A DNA stretch of 64,000 nt from an uncultured Ruficoccus sp. (GTDB taxonomy: Bacteria; Verrucomicrobiota; Verrucomicrobiia; Opitutales; Cerasicoccaceae): positions 672,001 through 736,000 of the forward strand of contig OZ223481.1 of NCBI GenBank assembly GCA_965140785.1, in the 5' to 3' direction. Both the position numbers and the translations under genes were made by a program. The first letter of the stretch is position 1, and the number at the start of each line of letters is the position of its first letter. Below the pieces are notes generated by a model, which did not search any database, had not been told where the DNA came from, and saw only the letters and a program-made list of their open reading frames with translations. Shown piece by piece: positions 48,350-58,501 of this stretch.

Positions 48350-49000
48350 ATGCAGGAACTACTCATACTCGGAGCCGGCGGCATGGCCCGCGAAGTCTGG
48401 TGCTACCTCGAGCACCGGATCGCGGAAGACCCGCACTTCGCCGCGACTTATCACCTCAAAGGCTTTCTCGACGACGACCCGCAGGCGCTCGAAGGCTACG
48501 ATTACCCCGCCGGGGTGGTCGGGAGCATCGCCGACTACGTGCCGCAGGACCACCAGATGCTGGTTTGTGCGCTGGGCTCGCCCGCCGCCAAGGCCAAAGT
48601 TTGCCCGGACCTGAAAAAACGCGGGGCGCGCTTCCTCACCTTTACCCACCCGACCGCCATTATCGGGCGCAATGCCGTGCTGGGCGAGGGCGTCGTGCTG
48701 GCCCCGCACACCCAGGTCTCCTCTGACGCGCGGATGGGGGACTTCTCCTTTCTCAACTGCCACACCACCTGTGGGCACGACGCGCAGGTGGGCGCCTTCT
48801 GCACCGTCAGCTCGTACTGCGACCTGACCGGTTTCGTCGAGCTGGGTGAACGGGTCTTCGTGGGTTCGCACGCCACCGTCATCCCCGGTCGCCGCGTCGG
48901 TGACGGGGTCACCATCGGAGCCGGATCGAGCGTGGTAAGTCACCTACCCGCCAATTGCCGTGTGATCGGCGTCCCGGCCAAACCTTTTATGAGAGAGTAA
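48350..49000 (+). CDS. NeuD/PglD-like sugar acyltransferase (hexapeptide repeats)
   Basis: ILGAGG, FLDD, THPTA, GHD, GVPAK. Confidence 0.85.
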   Translation: MQELLILGAGGMAREVWCYLEHRIAEDPHFAATYHLKGFLDDDPQALEGYDYPAGVVGSIADYVPQDHQMLVCALGSPAAKAKVCPDLKKRGARFLTFTHPTAIIGRNAVLGEGVVLAPHTQVSSDARMGDFSFLNCHTTCGHDAQVGAFCTVSSYCDLTGFVELGERVFVGSHATVIPGRRVGDGVTIGAGSSVVSHLPANCRVIGVPAKPFMRE

Positions 49001-49004
49001 CGCC

Positions 49005-50081
49005 ATGTCCGCTGTCCGCGCCACCCTCACCGCTATGCACTACTGCCTTCCGCCCCGCGTGCTGGGCCAGGAGGAGCTGGCCGTGCGTTTCGGCGCCAAG
49101 CAGGTCGAGAACATCGCCAAACTCTCCGGGGTGACCGAGCGCCGGGTGGCCGAGCCGGACGTTACCTCGGTCGATCTGGCCGAATGCGCCGCCCAGCGGC
49201 TGATGGCCGCGCACGGGATTGCGCCCGAGTCGATCGATTTTGTCCTTTTTGCCACCCAGACCGGAGATTACCAGCTCCCGGCTTCGGCCTGCGTCCTGCA
49301 CGGCAGGCTCGGCCTGGCCAAGACCTGTGGCGCGCTCGACATCGGGCTGGGCTGCTCGGCCTTTCCCTACGCCCTGAGCGTGGCCAACGGCCTCATCGCC
49401 ACCGGTGTGGCCAAGCGCATTCTTTTAATCAACGCCGACACCCTGACCAAGGTCATCCACCCGCAGGACCGCGGGCTGGTTCCGCTGCACGGGGACGGCG
49501 CGGTCGCCACCCTCCTGGAGCCCGCCAGCGGCGAGGACGGGTTGCTCGGCTTCGAGCTGGGAACGGACGGCTCCGGCTGCCAGCACTTGATCATCCCCGC
49601 CTCCGGCGCGAGAAATCCGCGCACCGCCGAGACCGCCCGCGAGGTTCCCGACGAGACTGGCTCGATCCACACCGCCGAGCACCTCCAGATGAACGGCCCG
49701 GCGGTTTTTCAATTCTCCATCCGCGAGACCCCCGCCGCCCTCAAGCGCGCCTTCGAGAAGTGGGGCGTCGCCCCCGCCGACCTCGACCTGCTCGTCCTGC
49801 ACCAAGCCAACAAGATGATGCTCGACCTCATTTATAAGAAGGCGGGCCTCGGGCCGGAGCAGCAGTTCCTCTTCATGGAAAAAATCGGCAACATGAGCGG
49901 CGCCTCCTCGCCCATGGCCTTGGCCGAGGCCTGGCGCAGCGGTCGGCTCAAGCCCGGCACGCTCATCGCCGTGGCCGCCTTTGGCGTCGGCCTGTCCTGG
50001 GGAGCCGCCCTCATCCGCCTGCCCGAAACCCTTACCGACTGCTCCGGGGCCGACGTCGAGTACGCGCCGCCAGAGGCGTGA
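49005..50081 (+). CDS. ketoacyl-ACP synthase III family protein
   Basis: LGCS catalytic Cys, GDGA, HQAN, GNMSGAS, AFGVGLSWG. Confidence 0.88.
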   Translation: MSAVRATLTAMHYCLPPRVLGQEELAVRFGAKQVENIAKLSGVTERRVAEPDVTSVDLAECAAQRLMAAHGIAPESIDFVLFATQTGDYQLPASACVLHGRLGLAKTCGALDIGLGCSAFPYALSVANGLIATGVAKRILLINADTLTKVIHPQDRGLVPLHGDGAVATLLEPASGEDGLLGFELGTDGSGCQHLIIPASGARNPRTAETAREVPDETGSIHTAEHLQMNGPAVFQFSIRETPAALKRAFEKWGVAPADLDLLVLHQANKMMLDLIYKKAGLGPEQQFLFMEKIGNMSGASSPMALAEAWRSGRLKPGTLIAVAAFGVGLSWGAALIRLPETLTDCSGADVEYAPPEA

Positions 50082-50548
50082 AGTTCCCCATGGAGACGCC
50101 TGCTCCCCCCTTTACCCTGCACCACACCGGTTATCTGGTGGCGGATATCCCGGCAGCGGCGGAGCACTTCTGCCAACGACTGGGCTACCGGGTCGAGTCC
50201 GCGGTGATCGAAGATCCTATCCAGACCGCCCGCGTGCAGTTCCTGCGCCAGCCGGGCGCGCCGAGTTGGCTGGAGCTGGTCAGCCCCACCTCGGACAACA
50301 GCAAGCTCAGCGCCGCCCTGAAAAAAGGCGGCGGCCTGCACCACCTGTGCTACGAGGTGGCGGACCTGGCGGCGGCCTCGGCGCATCTGCGTGCCGGAGG
50401 GATGTTTCCCTTGGGTGAGCCGGTCCCGGCGACCGCCTTTCCGGGTCGGCGTATCGCCTGGTTCATGGACGCCCAGCGCCTGCTCGTCGAACTGGTCGAG
50501 GCAGGAAAGGGGCCGCTCTCGTTGGCTGCTTTGGCGGACGCGGAGTGA
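50078..50548 (+). CDS. VOC family protein (methylmalonyl-CoA epimerase-like)
   Basis: LHHTGYLV, LELV, GGGLHHLCYEV, VELVE; alternative start 50090. Confidence 0.85.
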   Translation: MKFPMETPAPPFTLHHTGYLVADIPAAAEHFCQRLGYRVESAVIEDPIQTARVQFLRQPGAPSWLELVSPTSDNSKLSAALKKGGGLHHLCYEVADLAAASAHLRAGGMFPLGEPVPATAFPGRRIAWFMDAQRLLVELVEAGKGPLSLAALADAE

Positions 50549-50628
50549 ACAGGGAAGAGGGTCTTCGCTTGCATAACCAGCACGATGGGGTTAGGCATGG
50601 CCTATCTCTATTCACCCCTGCCTGCCCC

Positions 50629-50862
50629 ATGAAGCCTAGCTCGCTCGCCGCTCTCGTTATCCGTTTCCTGGCCATCCTATTGGGAGCCTATGCCCTCTAC
50701 GGTTTTTATATCATTCTCCAGTTCACCGCCTTCCCCCGGAGCGGGGTGTGGCTACCGACAGGCCGGATGACCGTATTCTTCTCGGTGTGTCTGCTGGTGG
50801 CGGTTGTTCTGTGTTGGTTCAGTCGCCAGCTTGGCCAGTTAATCGCGCGGGGACTGGATTGA
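50629..50862 (+). CDS. small hypothetical two-TM protein
   Basis: Two hydrophobic segments; same strand inside the cluster. Confidence 0.5.
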   Translation: MKPSSLAALVIRFLAILLGAYALYGFYIILQFTAFPRSGVWLPTGRMTVFFSVCLLVAVVLCWFSRQLGQLIARGLD

Positions 50863-50932
50863 GGCGGTGTCGTTTCCAGCGTTGCCCGCCCGCGTTCCTT
50901 TCTATTATAGAGGGCGGAACATTTCCCCTCCC

Positions 50933-51178
50933 ATGCCAGACTCCACCACCATGTCCGATCCCCGCCTGCCGCGCCTGCAACGTATCTTCCGCGACGTGCT
51001 CGACGAGCCCGCGCTGCAATTGACCGAGGATTACGCGACCGCCGACCATCCCGAGTGGGACTCGGTCGCCATGGTGCAGATCGTGCTGGCGGTGGAGAGG
51101 GAGTTCGGCTGCGAGCTGGACATGGCCCAGGTGGCCGAGATCAAAGCCGTGCGCGACATCCTGCGCTTCCTGCCCTGA
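50933..51178 (+). CDS. acyl carrier protein
   Basis: IFRDVLD, WDSV site; alternative start 50951. Confidence 0.85.
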   Translation: MPDSTTMSDPRLPRLQRIFRDVLDEPALQLTEDYATADHPEWDSVAMVQIVLAVEREFGCELDMAQVAEIKAVRDILRFLP

Positions 51179-51231
51179 GTTTTTTCCAATCATCAAGCCC
51201 GCCGCTCCGAGTTCCTCAATCGTCTGCCGCC

Positions 51232-53472
51232 ATGCTGAACCTTTCCGACGAGCAACTCGCCCAACTCGACCCCGGTGCGCTGACCGCTCTGCTGCGGGCC
51301 GCGCCCAGCGCCGAGAGCGCCCGGGCGCTCTGGCCGGCGCTGGAAAAACTCCCCGCCGCCTGCCCGAAGCTGGCCGCCGCCTTTCTCGACGCGCTGGGTG
51401 GGGAAGGGGAGGAGGCTTTGCGTATCTGGTTGGAAAAAAACACCGGCAGGGGCGAACACCCCGGGGGCGAATCGTTCCCCGGGTCCGTTCCCCCGATGGC
51501 CCTGTGGCTGACGGCGGCCGGTTGGGAACAGCTGGGCGACGACGCCCGCACCCGCGCCGCCTGGGAAAGTGTCGCCGAGGCGGATGGCTTCGGCCAGCCC
51601 GGTGAGGCCCGGCTGGCGTTGGCCCGGCTGCAACTGCGCGCTGGTGAACCCGAAATGGCACTCGCCACCCTGCGCGAGGCCCTCCGGCGGGGCGGAGCGG
51701 AGTACGATTTCTGGAGCCGGGCCGACCGCCTTCTGCGCAAGCTTTCCCAAAAAATACCCACGCCGGAGCGCCCGTTGAAAATCGCCCTGCTCGGCTCGTC
51801 CACGACGACCTTTCTCGCCGCCGCCGTGCGGGTCGCCGCTGTGCGCGACGGATTTTTTCCGGCCATCTACGAGTCGCCCTACGGGGCCTGGCGGCAGGAC
51901 ATCCTCGACGAGGGCTCGGGCCTGTACACTTTCACGCCGGACGTGGTCATCCTGGCCACGCATGGCCGCGACGCCGGGTTGCCCACCTTCGCCGCGGCCG
52001 ACGAGGCCGATTCACCGCCGCCGATTTTCACGGAATTAAAATCCCTCTGGGCCCGGTTGCTGGAGCGGTTGTCGTGCACCGTGCTGCAACACAGCTTCGA
52101 CCTGCCCGCAGAGGACGCCGGGAGTATGCTCAGCGCCAACGCGCCCGCCGGGCGCGTTCGTCGCCTGCGTGCCCTCAACGAGTCCCTGCGCCGCGAGGCC
52201 CCGTCCGGCGTCGCCATGGTGGACCTGGAAGCGCTTGCCGCCGGAGCGACGGAAGGCGGTTGGAGCGACCCGCGTCAGTGGTTCCTGCACAAGCAGCACC
52301 CGGCGATGGAGGCGCTCCCGCTGCTGGCCGACGCCTATCTCGGCCTCATCCGCGCCGCCGCCGGAACCGCCCGCAAGGTCCTCGTCCTCGACCTGGACAA
52401 CACCCTCTGGGGCGGCGTCATCGGCGAGGACGGCCTGGCGGGCATCCGCGTGGGCCCGCCGCACGCCGAGGGCGAGGCCTACGCCGCGCTCCAGCACTAC
52501 GCCCGCGACTTGAAAGAACGCGGCGTCCTCCTGGCCGTCTGCTCGAAGAATAACGCCGCCGACGCCCGCCTGCCTTTTGAAAAACACGACGGCATAGTTC
52601 TGAAGCTGGACGATTTCGCCGCCTTCGTTGCCAACTGGGAGAGCAAGCCCGCCAACCTGCGCGCCCTCGCCGCCGAGCTCAACCTCGGACTGGACAGTTT
52701 CGTTTTCGTTGATGACAACCCGGTGGAGCGTGCCCAGGTGCAGCGCGAATTGCCGGAGGTCGCCGTGCCCGAACTCGGGGCCGATCCGGCGCAGTTCGTC
52801 AACATTCTCGCCCGCGGGCATTGGTTCGAGGCGCTGCGGCTCTCCGGGGAGGACCGCGCCCGCCACGCCGCCTACCGCGCCAACTCCGAACGCCGCGAGC
52901 TGGAGCAGGCCGCCCCCGACCTGGAGTCCTTTCTGCGGCAACTGCGCATGACGGTTGCGCACGGCCCATTTACGCCGGAAAATCTCGACCGCGTTGCTCA
53001 GCTCATCGGCAAGACGAATCAGTTCAACCTGACCACCCGCCGTCACTCGGTTGAAAGATTGCAGCAATTAGCCGCCGATCCCGCCACCTGGACCCAGGCT
53101 TTTCGTTTAAAAGACCGCTACGGCGACAACGGGCTGGTCGGCGTCATCATCGCCATCCCTTCCGGTGAAGAGGAGTGGGAAGTGGACACGTTCTTAATGA
53201 GCTGCCGGGTTATTGGGCGCGGTTTGGCCGATTACATGGCCCTGACTCTCCTGAAAGCCGCCCGTACGCAGGGTATCAAGCGCGTGACCGGTATATATAT
53301 ACCGACCGCGAAAAACGCGATGGTGGCGGATTTTTATTTTCGATACGGGTTTGCTGCACGGCTGGATCCTGCCGATCAGATCCGGGCCGGAGCGCCCCGT
53401 CATTTTGTTTTTGAGGTCAGTAAGCAGGAGCTACCCGCAATAGCCGACGACTTGTTCACCGTTTCAGAGTAG
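51232..53472 (+). CDS. FkbH-like HAD-IIIC protein with N-terminal extension
   Basis: VLDLDNTLWGG, CSKN, FVDDNPVER, KTNQFNLT, DRYGDNG, LMSCRV. Confidence 0.9.
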   Translation: MLNLSDEQLAQLDPGALTALLRAAPSAESARALWPALEKLPAACPKLAAAFLDALGGEGEEALRIWLEKNTGRGEHPGGESFPGSVPPMALWLTAAGWEQLGDDARTRAAWESVAEADGFGQPGEARLALARLQLRAGEPEMALATLREALRRGGAEYDFWSRADRLLRKLSQKIPTPERPLKIALLGSSTTTFLAAAVRVAAVRDGFFPAIYESPYGAWRQDILDEGSGLYTFTPDVVILATHGRDAGLPTFAAADEADSPPPIFTELKSLWARLLERLSCTVLQHSFDLPAEDAGSMLSANAPAGRVRRLRALNESLRREAPSGVAMVDLEALAAGATEGGWSDPRQWFLHKQHPAMEALPLLADAYLGLIRAAAGTARKVLVLDLDNTLWGGVIGEDGLAGIRVGPPHAEGEAYAALQHYARDLKERGVLLAVCSKNNAADARLPFEKHDGIVLKLDDFAAFVANWESKPANLRALAAELNLGLDSFVFVDDNPVERAQVQRELPEVAVPELGADPAQFVNILARGHWFEALRLSGEDRARHAAYRANSERRELEQAAPDLESFLRQLRMTVAHGPFTPENLDRVAQLIGKTNQFNLTTRRHSVERLQQLAADPATWTQAFRLKDRYGDNGLVGVIIAIPSGEEEWEVDTFLMSCRVIGRGLADYMALTLLKAARTQGIKRVTGIYIPTAKNAMVADFYFRYGFAARLDPADQIRAGAPRHFVFEVSKQELPAIADDLFTVSE

Positions 53473-53561
53473 CGGCCGCGTAGTAGCCCCTTCATGTCCT
53501 GTGCGGTCACGCACCCATGTTTGGGCTTTAATTTTTCGGGTGGCTCGTTCATCGTTCGCGG

Positions 53562-54835
53562 ATGGTCACGGAGACCCTGAAATTTTTGACGCCGCAGAGC
53601 ACCCGCGAGATCGCGGAGGGCTTCGGCACGCCTGTTTATGTGTACGACGAGGCCGCGCTGACCCGTCATGCCGAGGCCGCGCTGGCCTTTCCCAACGCTT
53701 TTGGGCTGACGGTGCGCTTCGCCATGAAGGCTTCGCCCAACGCCGCCATCCTGCGCGTGTTCCACCGGCTCGGGCTGCACATCGACGCCTCCAGCGGCTT
53801 TGAGGTCCGGCGCGCCCTGCGTGCGGGCATCCCCGCCGAGCACATCTCGCTCAGCACGCAGGAGTTTCCGGAAGACTTCGTCAGCCTGTACAAGAAGGGC
53901 ATCCGCTTCAATGCCTGTTCGCTGGCCCAGCTCGAGCGCTTCGGGGAGCTTTTCCCCGGCTGCCGCTGCGGCCTGCGCGTCAACCCCGGCCTGGGCTCCG
54001 GCGGCACCGGCAAGACCAACGTCGGCGGCCCGCACTCGAGCTTCGGCATCTGGCACGAGTGGCTGGGCGAGGCCGAGGCGATCATCCGCAAGCACGGGCT
54101 GAGCATCATCCGCATCCACACGCACATCGGCTCGGGCAGCGACCCGGTGGTCTGGGAGCGGGTGGCGCTGATGAGCCTGGAGACGGTCAAGCGCTTCCCC
54201 GACGTGATCACGCTCAACCTCGGCGGCGGCTACAAGGTCGCCCGCATGGCCACCGAAAAGGCGACCGACCTGCAACAGATCGGCGCTCCCGTGAAAGCGG
54301 CCTTCGAAAAGCTGGCGGCGGAGACCGGACGCGAGCTCAAGCTCGAGATCGAGCCGGGCACCTTTCTCGTGGCCAACGCCGGGGCGCTCGTTGCCACCGT
54401 GCGCGATGTCATCCGCACCGGCGGCCCCGACGGCATGCACTTTTTGAAACTCGACTCGGGCATGACGGAGATTCTCCGCCCCTCGCTCTACGCGGCCCAG
54501 CACCCGCTGGTCATCGTCCCGGCACAGGAGCGCGACACCCCCGCCGAGCGCGACTACCTCGTGGTCGGTCACTGCTGCGAGTCGGGCGACATCCTCACCA
54601 CCGGCGCGGACGATCCCGAGGCGCTCCAGCCCCGCACCCTGCCGGAGACTTTCCCGGCGACCTGTGCGTGGTCGAGGGCGCGGGCGCGTACTGCGCCGCC
54701 ATGACGGCTAAGAACTACAACTCCTTCCCCGAAGCGCCCGAGGTGCTCGTCGGCCTCGACGGCCAGCCGCGCCTCATCCGCCAGCGTCAGACCCTGGACC
54801 AGATATTCCAGAACGAGGTCGAGCCCGAGGAATAG
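53562..54835 (+). pseudogene. lysA: diaminopimelate decarboxylase, frameshifted near 54654 (probably assembly error)
   Basis: [40 protein letters not shown] continues in another frame to stop 54835. Confidence 0.85.
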
Positions 54836-54955
54836 TTTTCAACAGGAAGGGCGGAAAGACCGAGAGAGCTTGTCGTTGATTGCTTTTCGTTATCTCAAGC
54901 GCGGCTCTCCGGTTTGAGCGTGATTTCTGCCGGACAGATGGTGTAAGCTTGTCCG

Positions 54956-56611
54956 GTGAGTTTATTCAGCCAGTCCCTTCGTTTGTTTTTTTTATGCTCG
55001 CTCGCTATGGCGGCGGTGTGTGGGCCTGATCTGTACGCGGCGGACCCTGCCGACTCAGGACAAGAGCCCTGGCCCGACGACTACGAGCTGACCCTGCGTG
55101 TGGCACAGCAAGACCCGGCGGCTGATTTTTCCACTATCAACGCGGCGGCACGGGCGGCCTTGACGGAAGCGGCCGCGGGAACAAGCGTGCGTGTGCTGAT
55201 TGCGCCGGGCCTGTACCGTGAGCACGTGGAGCTGGTCGGAGAGGCCGGGCGCACCTATGCGCCGATGGCGATCGAGGCCGAGGAGGCGGGCCGGGCGGTC
55301 ATCAGTGGGAGCGAGATTGTCAACGGCTGGGAAGTCGGCGACAGCGACTATTTCGAAAAGGATTTCTCCCCGGATGAGAGGATCGTGACGGTTTTTGTGC
55401 AGAGCGTCCGCCTGGCGCGGGCGCGCCCGGACCGGAAGTTGGGCGGCGGGCAGTTCCGGTTGGTGGGCGATCAGGTGCAGCTCGTTCCTCCCGGCAATGC
55501 AACCGTGGCCGACGGGCTGGTCGAGGTCGCCACCGAGGCGAAAGGCCAACTGCTGAGTATCCAGAATTTGGATACAGTGTTTATTTCCGGGCTCTACCTG
55601 CGCCAGAGCGGGGGCGAGGGGATGCGCGTACAGGCTTGCCGCCGGGTGAAACTTGAGCACACGACCTCCGAGCATCATTATATTTCGGGCTATCACTTCG
55701 AGGATCTGGAGCGGCTGGCCCTCGTCAACACCGACGCCCTGCGCAACGGCAAGGAAGGCATTGACGCGGTCAATGTGGGCGAACTGACAGCCGTCAGCGG
55801 CGCGGCCTCCCTGAACGGTTACCGGGTGGACGAGGAGCGGATGCTGGCCGGGGACGCCTTCGGTCTGGTGGTCAACACCGCCAAGCGCCTGAGCCTGCGA
55901 AACTTTCAGGCAGCGGACAACCGCGGGGCCGGACTGGGCATCCACTACACCGAGGATGTGCTCATCCGCCGCAGCAAGCTGCTCAACAACCAAGTGGGCA
56001 TGCTGGCCTTCCGAGCGGGGCAGGTGCAGCTCAAAGAAGTCGTCGTCGCGGCCAACCAGGCCGCGGGTGTCGTGCTTATCGAGACGGACTGCGCGGCGGT
56101 CTGGTCTGTTTTTAGCGGCAACGGCGAGACGGGCGGAGACGGGCTCTCCGCCCAGATCTTAGCCGGGGACGACGTAAGCGTATCGCTCGATCACTGTATT
56201 GTCTCCAGCACCGACGCACAAGTGGCGCTGGTGGCGCTCGAGGCTCCCGAGCAGGTGGATACTTTTACCGGGAATCTTTACTGGGGGTCGGACCAGCCCT
56301 TTATTATTGGTTCATTGATGCCGCATAAGGACGGAACCGATCCGCTGGACGAGGCGCTCGACTTCGCCGCCTGGCAGGCGGTCACGGGGCAGGACCTGGA
56401 TTCGGCCTGGGGGGACCCGATGTTCAACGACCCGAAGTACTTCGAGTTTATCCCGCTTAACGACAGCATCTGGTACCAGCAGAAAAACTGGCCCGTGCGC
56501 ACTCTGACCGAAGCCGAGCAGACCGCCGCCCGCGAGAAGTACCTCGCTCCGGCGAGCAGCGGTGAAAGCGCCCCCGAGCCGGTTCCCGATCCGTTCGCCC
56601 CCGCGCCTTAA
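54956..56611 (+). CDS. secreted right-handed parallel beta-helix protein
   Basis: Signal peptide; FSTINAA, IAPGLYRE, VISGS, repeated N..G beta-helix turns, DPMF. Confidence 0.75.
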   Translation: MSLFSQSLRLFFLCSLAMAAVCGPDLYAADPADSGQEPWPDDYELTLRVAQQDPAADFSTINAAARAALTEAAAGTSVRVLIAPGLYREHVELVGEAGRTYAPMAIEAEEAGRAVISGSEIVNGWEVGDSDYFEKDFSPDERIVTVFVQSVRLARARPDRKLGGGQFRLVGDQVQLVPPGNATVADGLVEVATEAKGQLLSIQNLDTVFISGLYLRQSGGEGMRVQACRRVKLEHTTSEHHYISGYHFEDLERLALVNTDALRNGKEGIDAVNVGELTAVSGAASLNGYRVDEERMLAGDAFGLVVNTAKRLSLRNFQAADNRGAGLGIHYTEDVLIRRSKLLNNQVGMLAFRAGQVQLKEVVVAANQAAGVVLIETDCAAVWSVFSGNGETGGDGLSAQILAGDDVSVSLDHCIVSSTDAQVALVALEAPEQVDTFTGNLYWGSDQPFIIGSLMPHKDGTDPLDEALDFAAWQAVTGQDLDSAWGDPMFNDPKYFEFIPLNDSIWYQQKNWPVRTLTEAEQTAAREKYLAPASSGESAPEPVPDPFAPAP

Positions 56612-56650
56612 GCTCTCCCTGTCGATGATCCGCGCATGGTTCTGGGGTGT

Positions 56651-56686
56651 TGTCATCCTGAGCAAGCGCAGCGCGTCGAAGGATCT
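56651..56686. repeat. REP-like palindrome
   Basis: tgtcatcctgagc-aagcgcagcgcgtc-gaaggatct, a widespread intergenic palindrome type; single copy here. Confidence 0.55.
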
Positions 56687-56889
56687 CCCGGTTCGTGTTT
56701 TTATCGAAGGGAGCAAAAGAGAGCGCGAGAAAAATTCCACCGCCGGAAAAATATGCTCCCGCCGTGATCCGTACTGGATTTCCTCCCGCTTATCATGCTA
56801 TCTAGAGTATCTTGCGCAGGTAAACTAACTTTACGGCCCTTTCGCGGGTCCGCTCCCGGTTCCCGCGCTTTTGCGTTTAACAATTTCCC

Positions 56890-58373
56890 ATGTCCAACCT
56901 CCGTCATCATCCCCTCGGTAAGCCCGTCCCCGACAGCGTCCACGCGGTCTGCGTGAGCCTGCCCACGCTGCACGATGTCATCGGCTACGAGGAAAAGCGG
57001 GCCGACACCCTGCGCGGCGGTCAAGTTCGCCTACCCGCGCTTTGTCTTCCATGACTACGTGCTGAGGGCCGCCGCCCAGGGGGCGAAGAAGCACGGGTTG
57101 GCGGGCCGGGCGGTGTACGCGGTCGCCTCCGAGCGTTCCGCCCGGGAGATGGCGGTCTGGATGAAGCTGTCCGAATACGCCATCGTGGCGGAGGCGGATT
57201 TCGTGCTCATGCACTTCGCGGACCGCCCCGAGGCCTGCGCCGCCGCCAAGGCCTTTCTCCAGCACACCGGGGCGAGCATTTCCTCTCGCCAGGCCGAGAC
57301 TTACCTGCGGGCCGAGGGCTTGTTAATAAATGTCCAGGCCGAGGAACGCCAGGCCGACGGGGCGAGGGACAAAGTTCTCACCACGCTGCGCGACTACCTG
57401 CCGACCCCCGCGCTGCATCTGTGCACCAGCGGCATGAACGCCTTTTACGCCGCGCTCAAGGCCACCCGGCGGCTCCAGGCCCCGCGCGGGGCGACGCGTC
57501 TATGTGCAACTGGGCTGGCTCTACCTCGACACGATGAAGATCCTCCAGCACTTTCTGGAGCCGGACGAGGAGGTTATCGTGCAGACGGACGTCTTCGATT
57601 GGGCGGCGATTGAGAAAATCTTCGCCGACTGCGGCGACCGGCTGGCGGGCGTGGTGACGGAGCTGCCGACCAACCCCCTCGTGCACACCCTCGATGTGGA
57701 GCGGCTCTCCGAGCTGTGTCGCCGGCACGGGGTGGTGCGGATTTTTGACCCGAGCCTGGCCGGCGTCGTCAATGTCGATATCCTGCCGCATACCGATCTG
57801 CTCATGACGAGCCTGACCAAGTACGCCGCGCACGCCGGGGATGTCATGAGCGGAGCCCTGGCAGTCAATCCTGATTCGCCCTTTTTCGCGGAGTTGGGCG
57901 ACCTGGCCGCGGGAGAGGTTGAGGCCCCCTACGCCGGGGACGTTGCCCGGCTGGCGACCCAGATCGCGGACATGCCGGCGGTGGCGGCGAAGGTTAACGC
58001 CAACGCCCGGGCGGTGACGGAGCACCTGTCGCGTTCGCCGCGCGTCGCGCGGCTGTTCACGCCCCTGGAAGGGCGTTCGGCGGGGAACTACCGGCGCATC
58101 GCCCGAAGTGATGAGGCGGTCGGCGCGATTTTGACTTTCGACCTGGCCGGGAAACTGGCGGACTTTTACGATCACGCCCGCGTGGTCAAGGGGCCCAGTT
58201 TCGGCACGGACTACACGATGATGTGCCCGTTTCTGTATATTGCCCACTTCGATTTGGTGACCACGGTGGAGGGGCGGAAGCTGCTGCGCGCCCACGGGCT
58301 CAACCCCGAGCTGATCCGCCTCTCAGTGGGGACGGAGCCGGCGGACGAGATCATTGAGGCGCTCGGACTGTAG
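56890..58373 (+). pseudogene. cystathionine gamma-synthase-like PLP enzyme (long form), two frameshifts (possibly assembly errors)
   Basis: [54 protein letters not shown]; shifts near 57013 and at the G5 run 57487-57491. Confidence 0.8.
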
Positions 58374-58501
58374 GGCGGTTTTATCGGCTGGGGGGGCAAC
58401 GCCGCTCTTGTTGGCTGGAATATGCGTGCATCGGTTTTGAATAAGATCGACTTTTTAGGAGTATAAGATTTCACTCCGTAATTGTTTTAACTTTATTCGG
58501 C

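Noticed and set aside
56700..56889. SAM riboswitch upstream of the cystathionine gamma-synthase-like gene
   Set aside because: Begins with TTATC but lacks the GAGGGA, GCAACC and GTGC core elements
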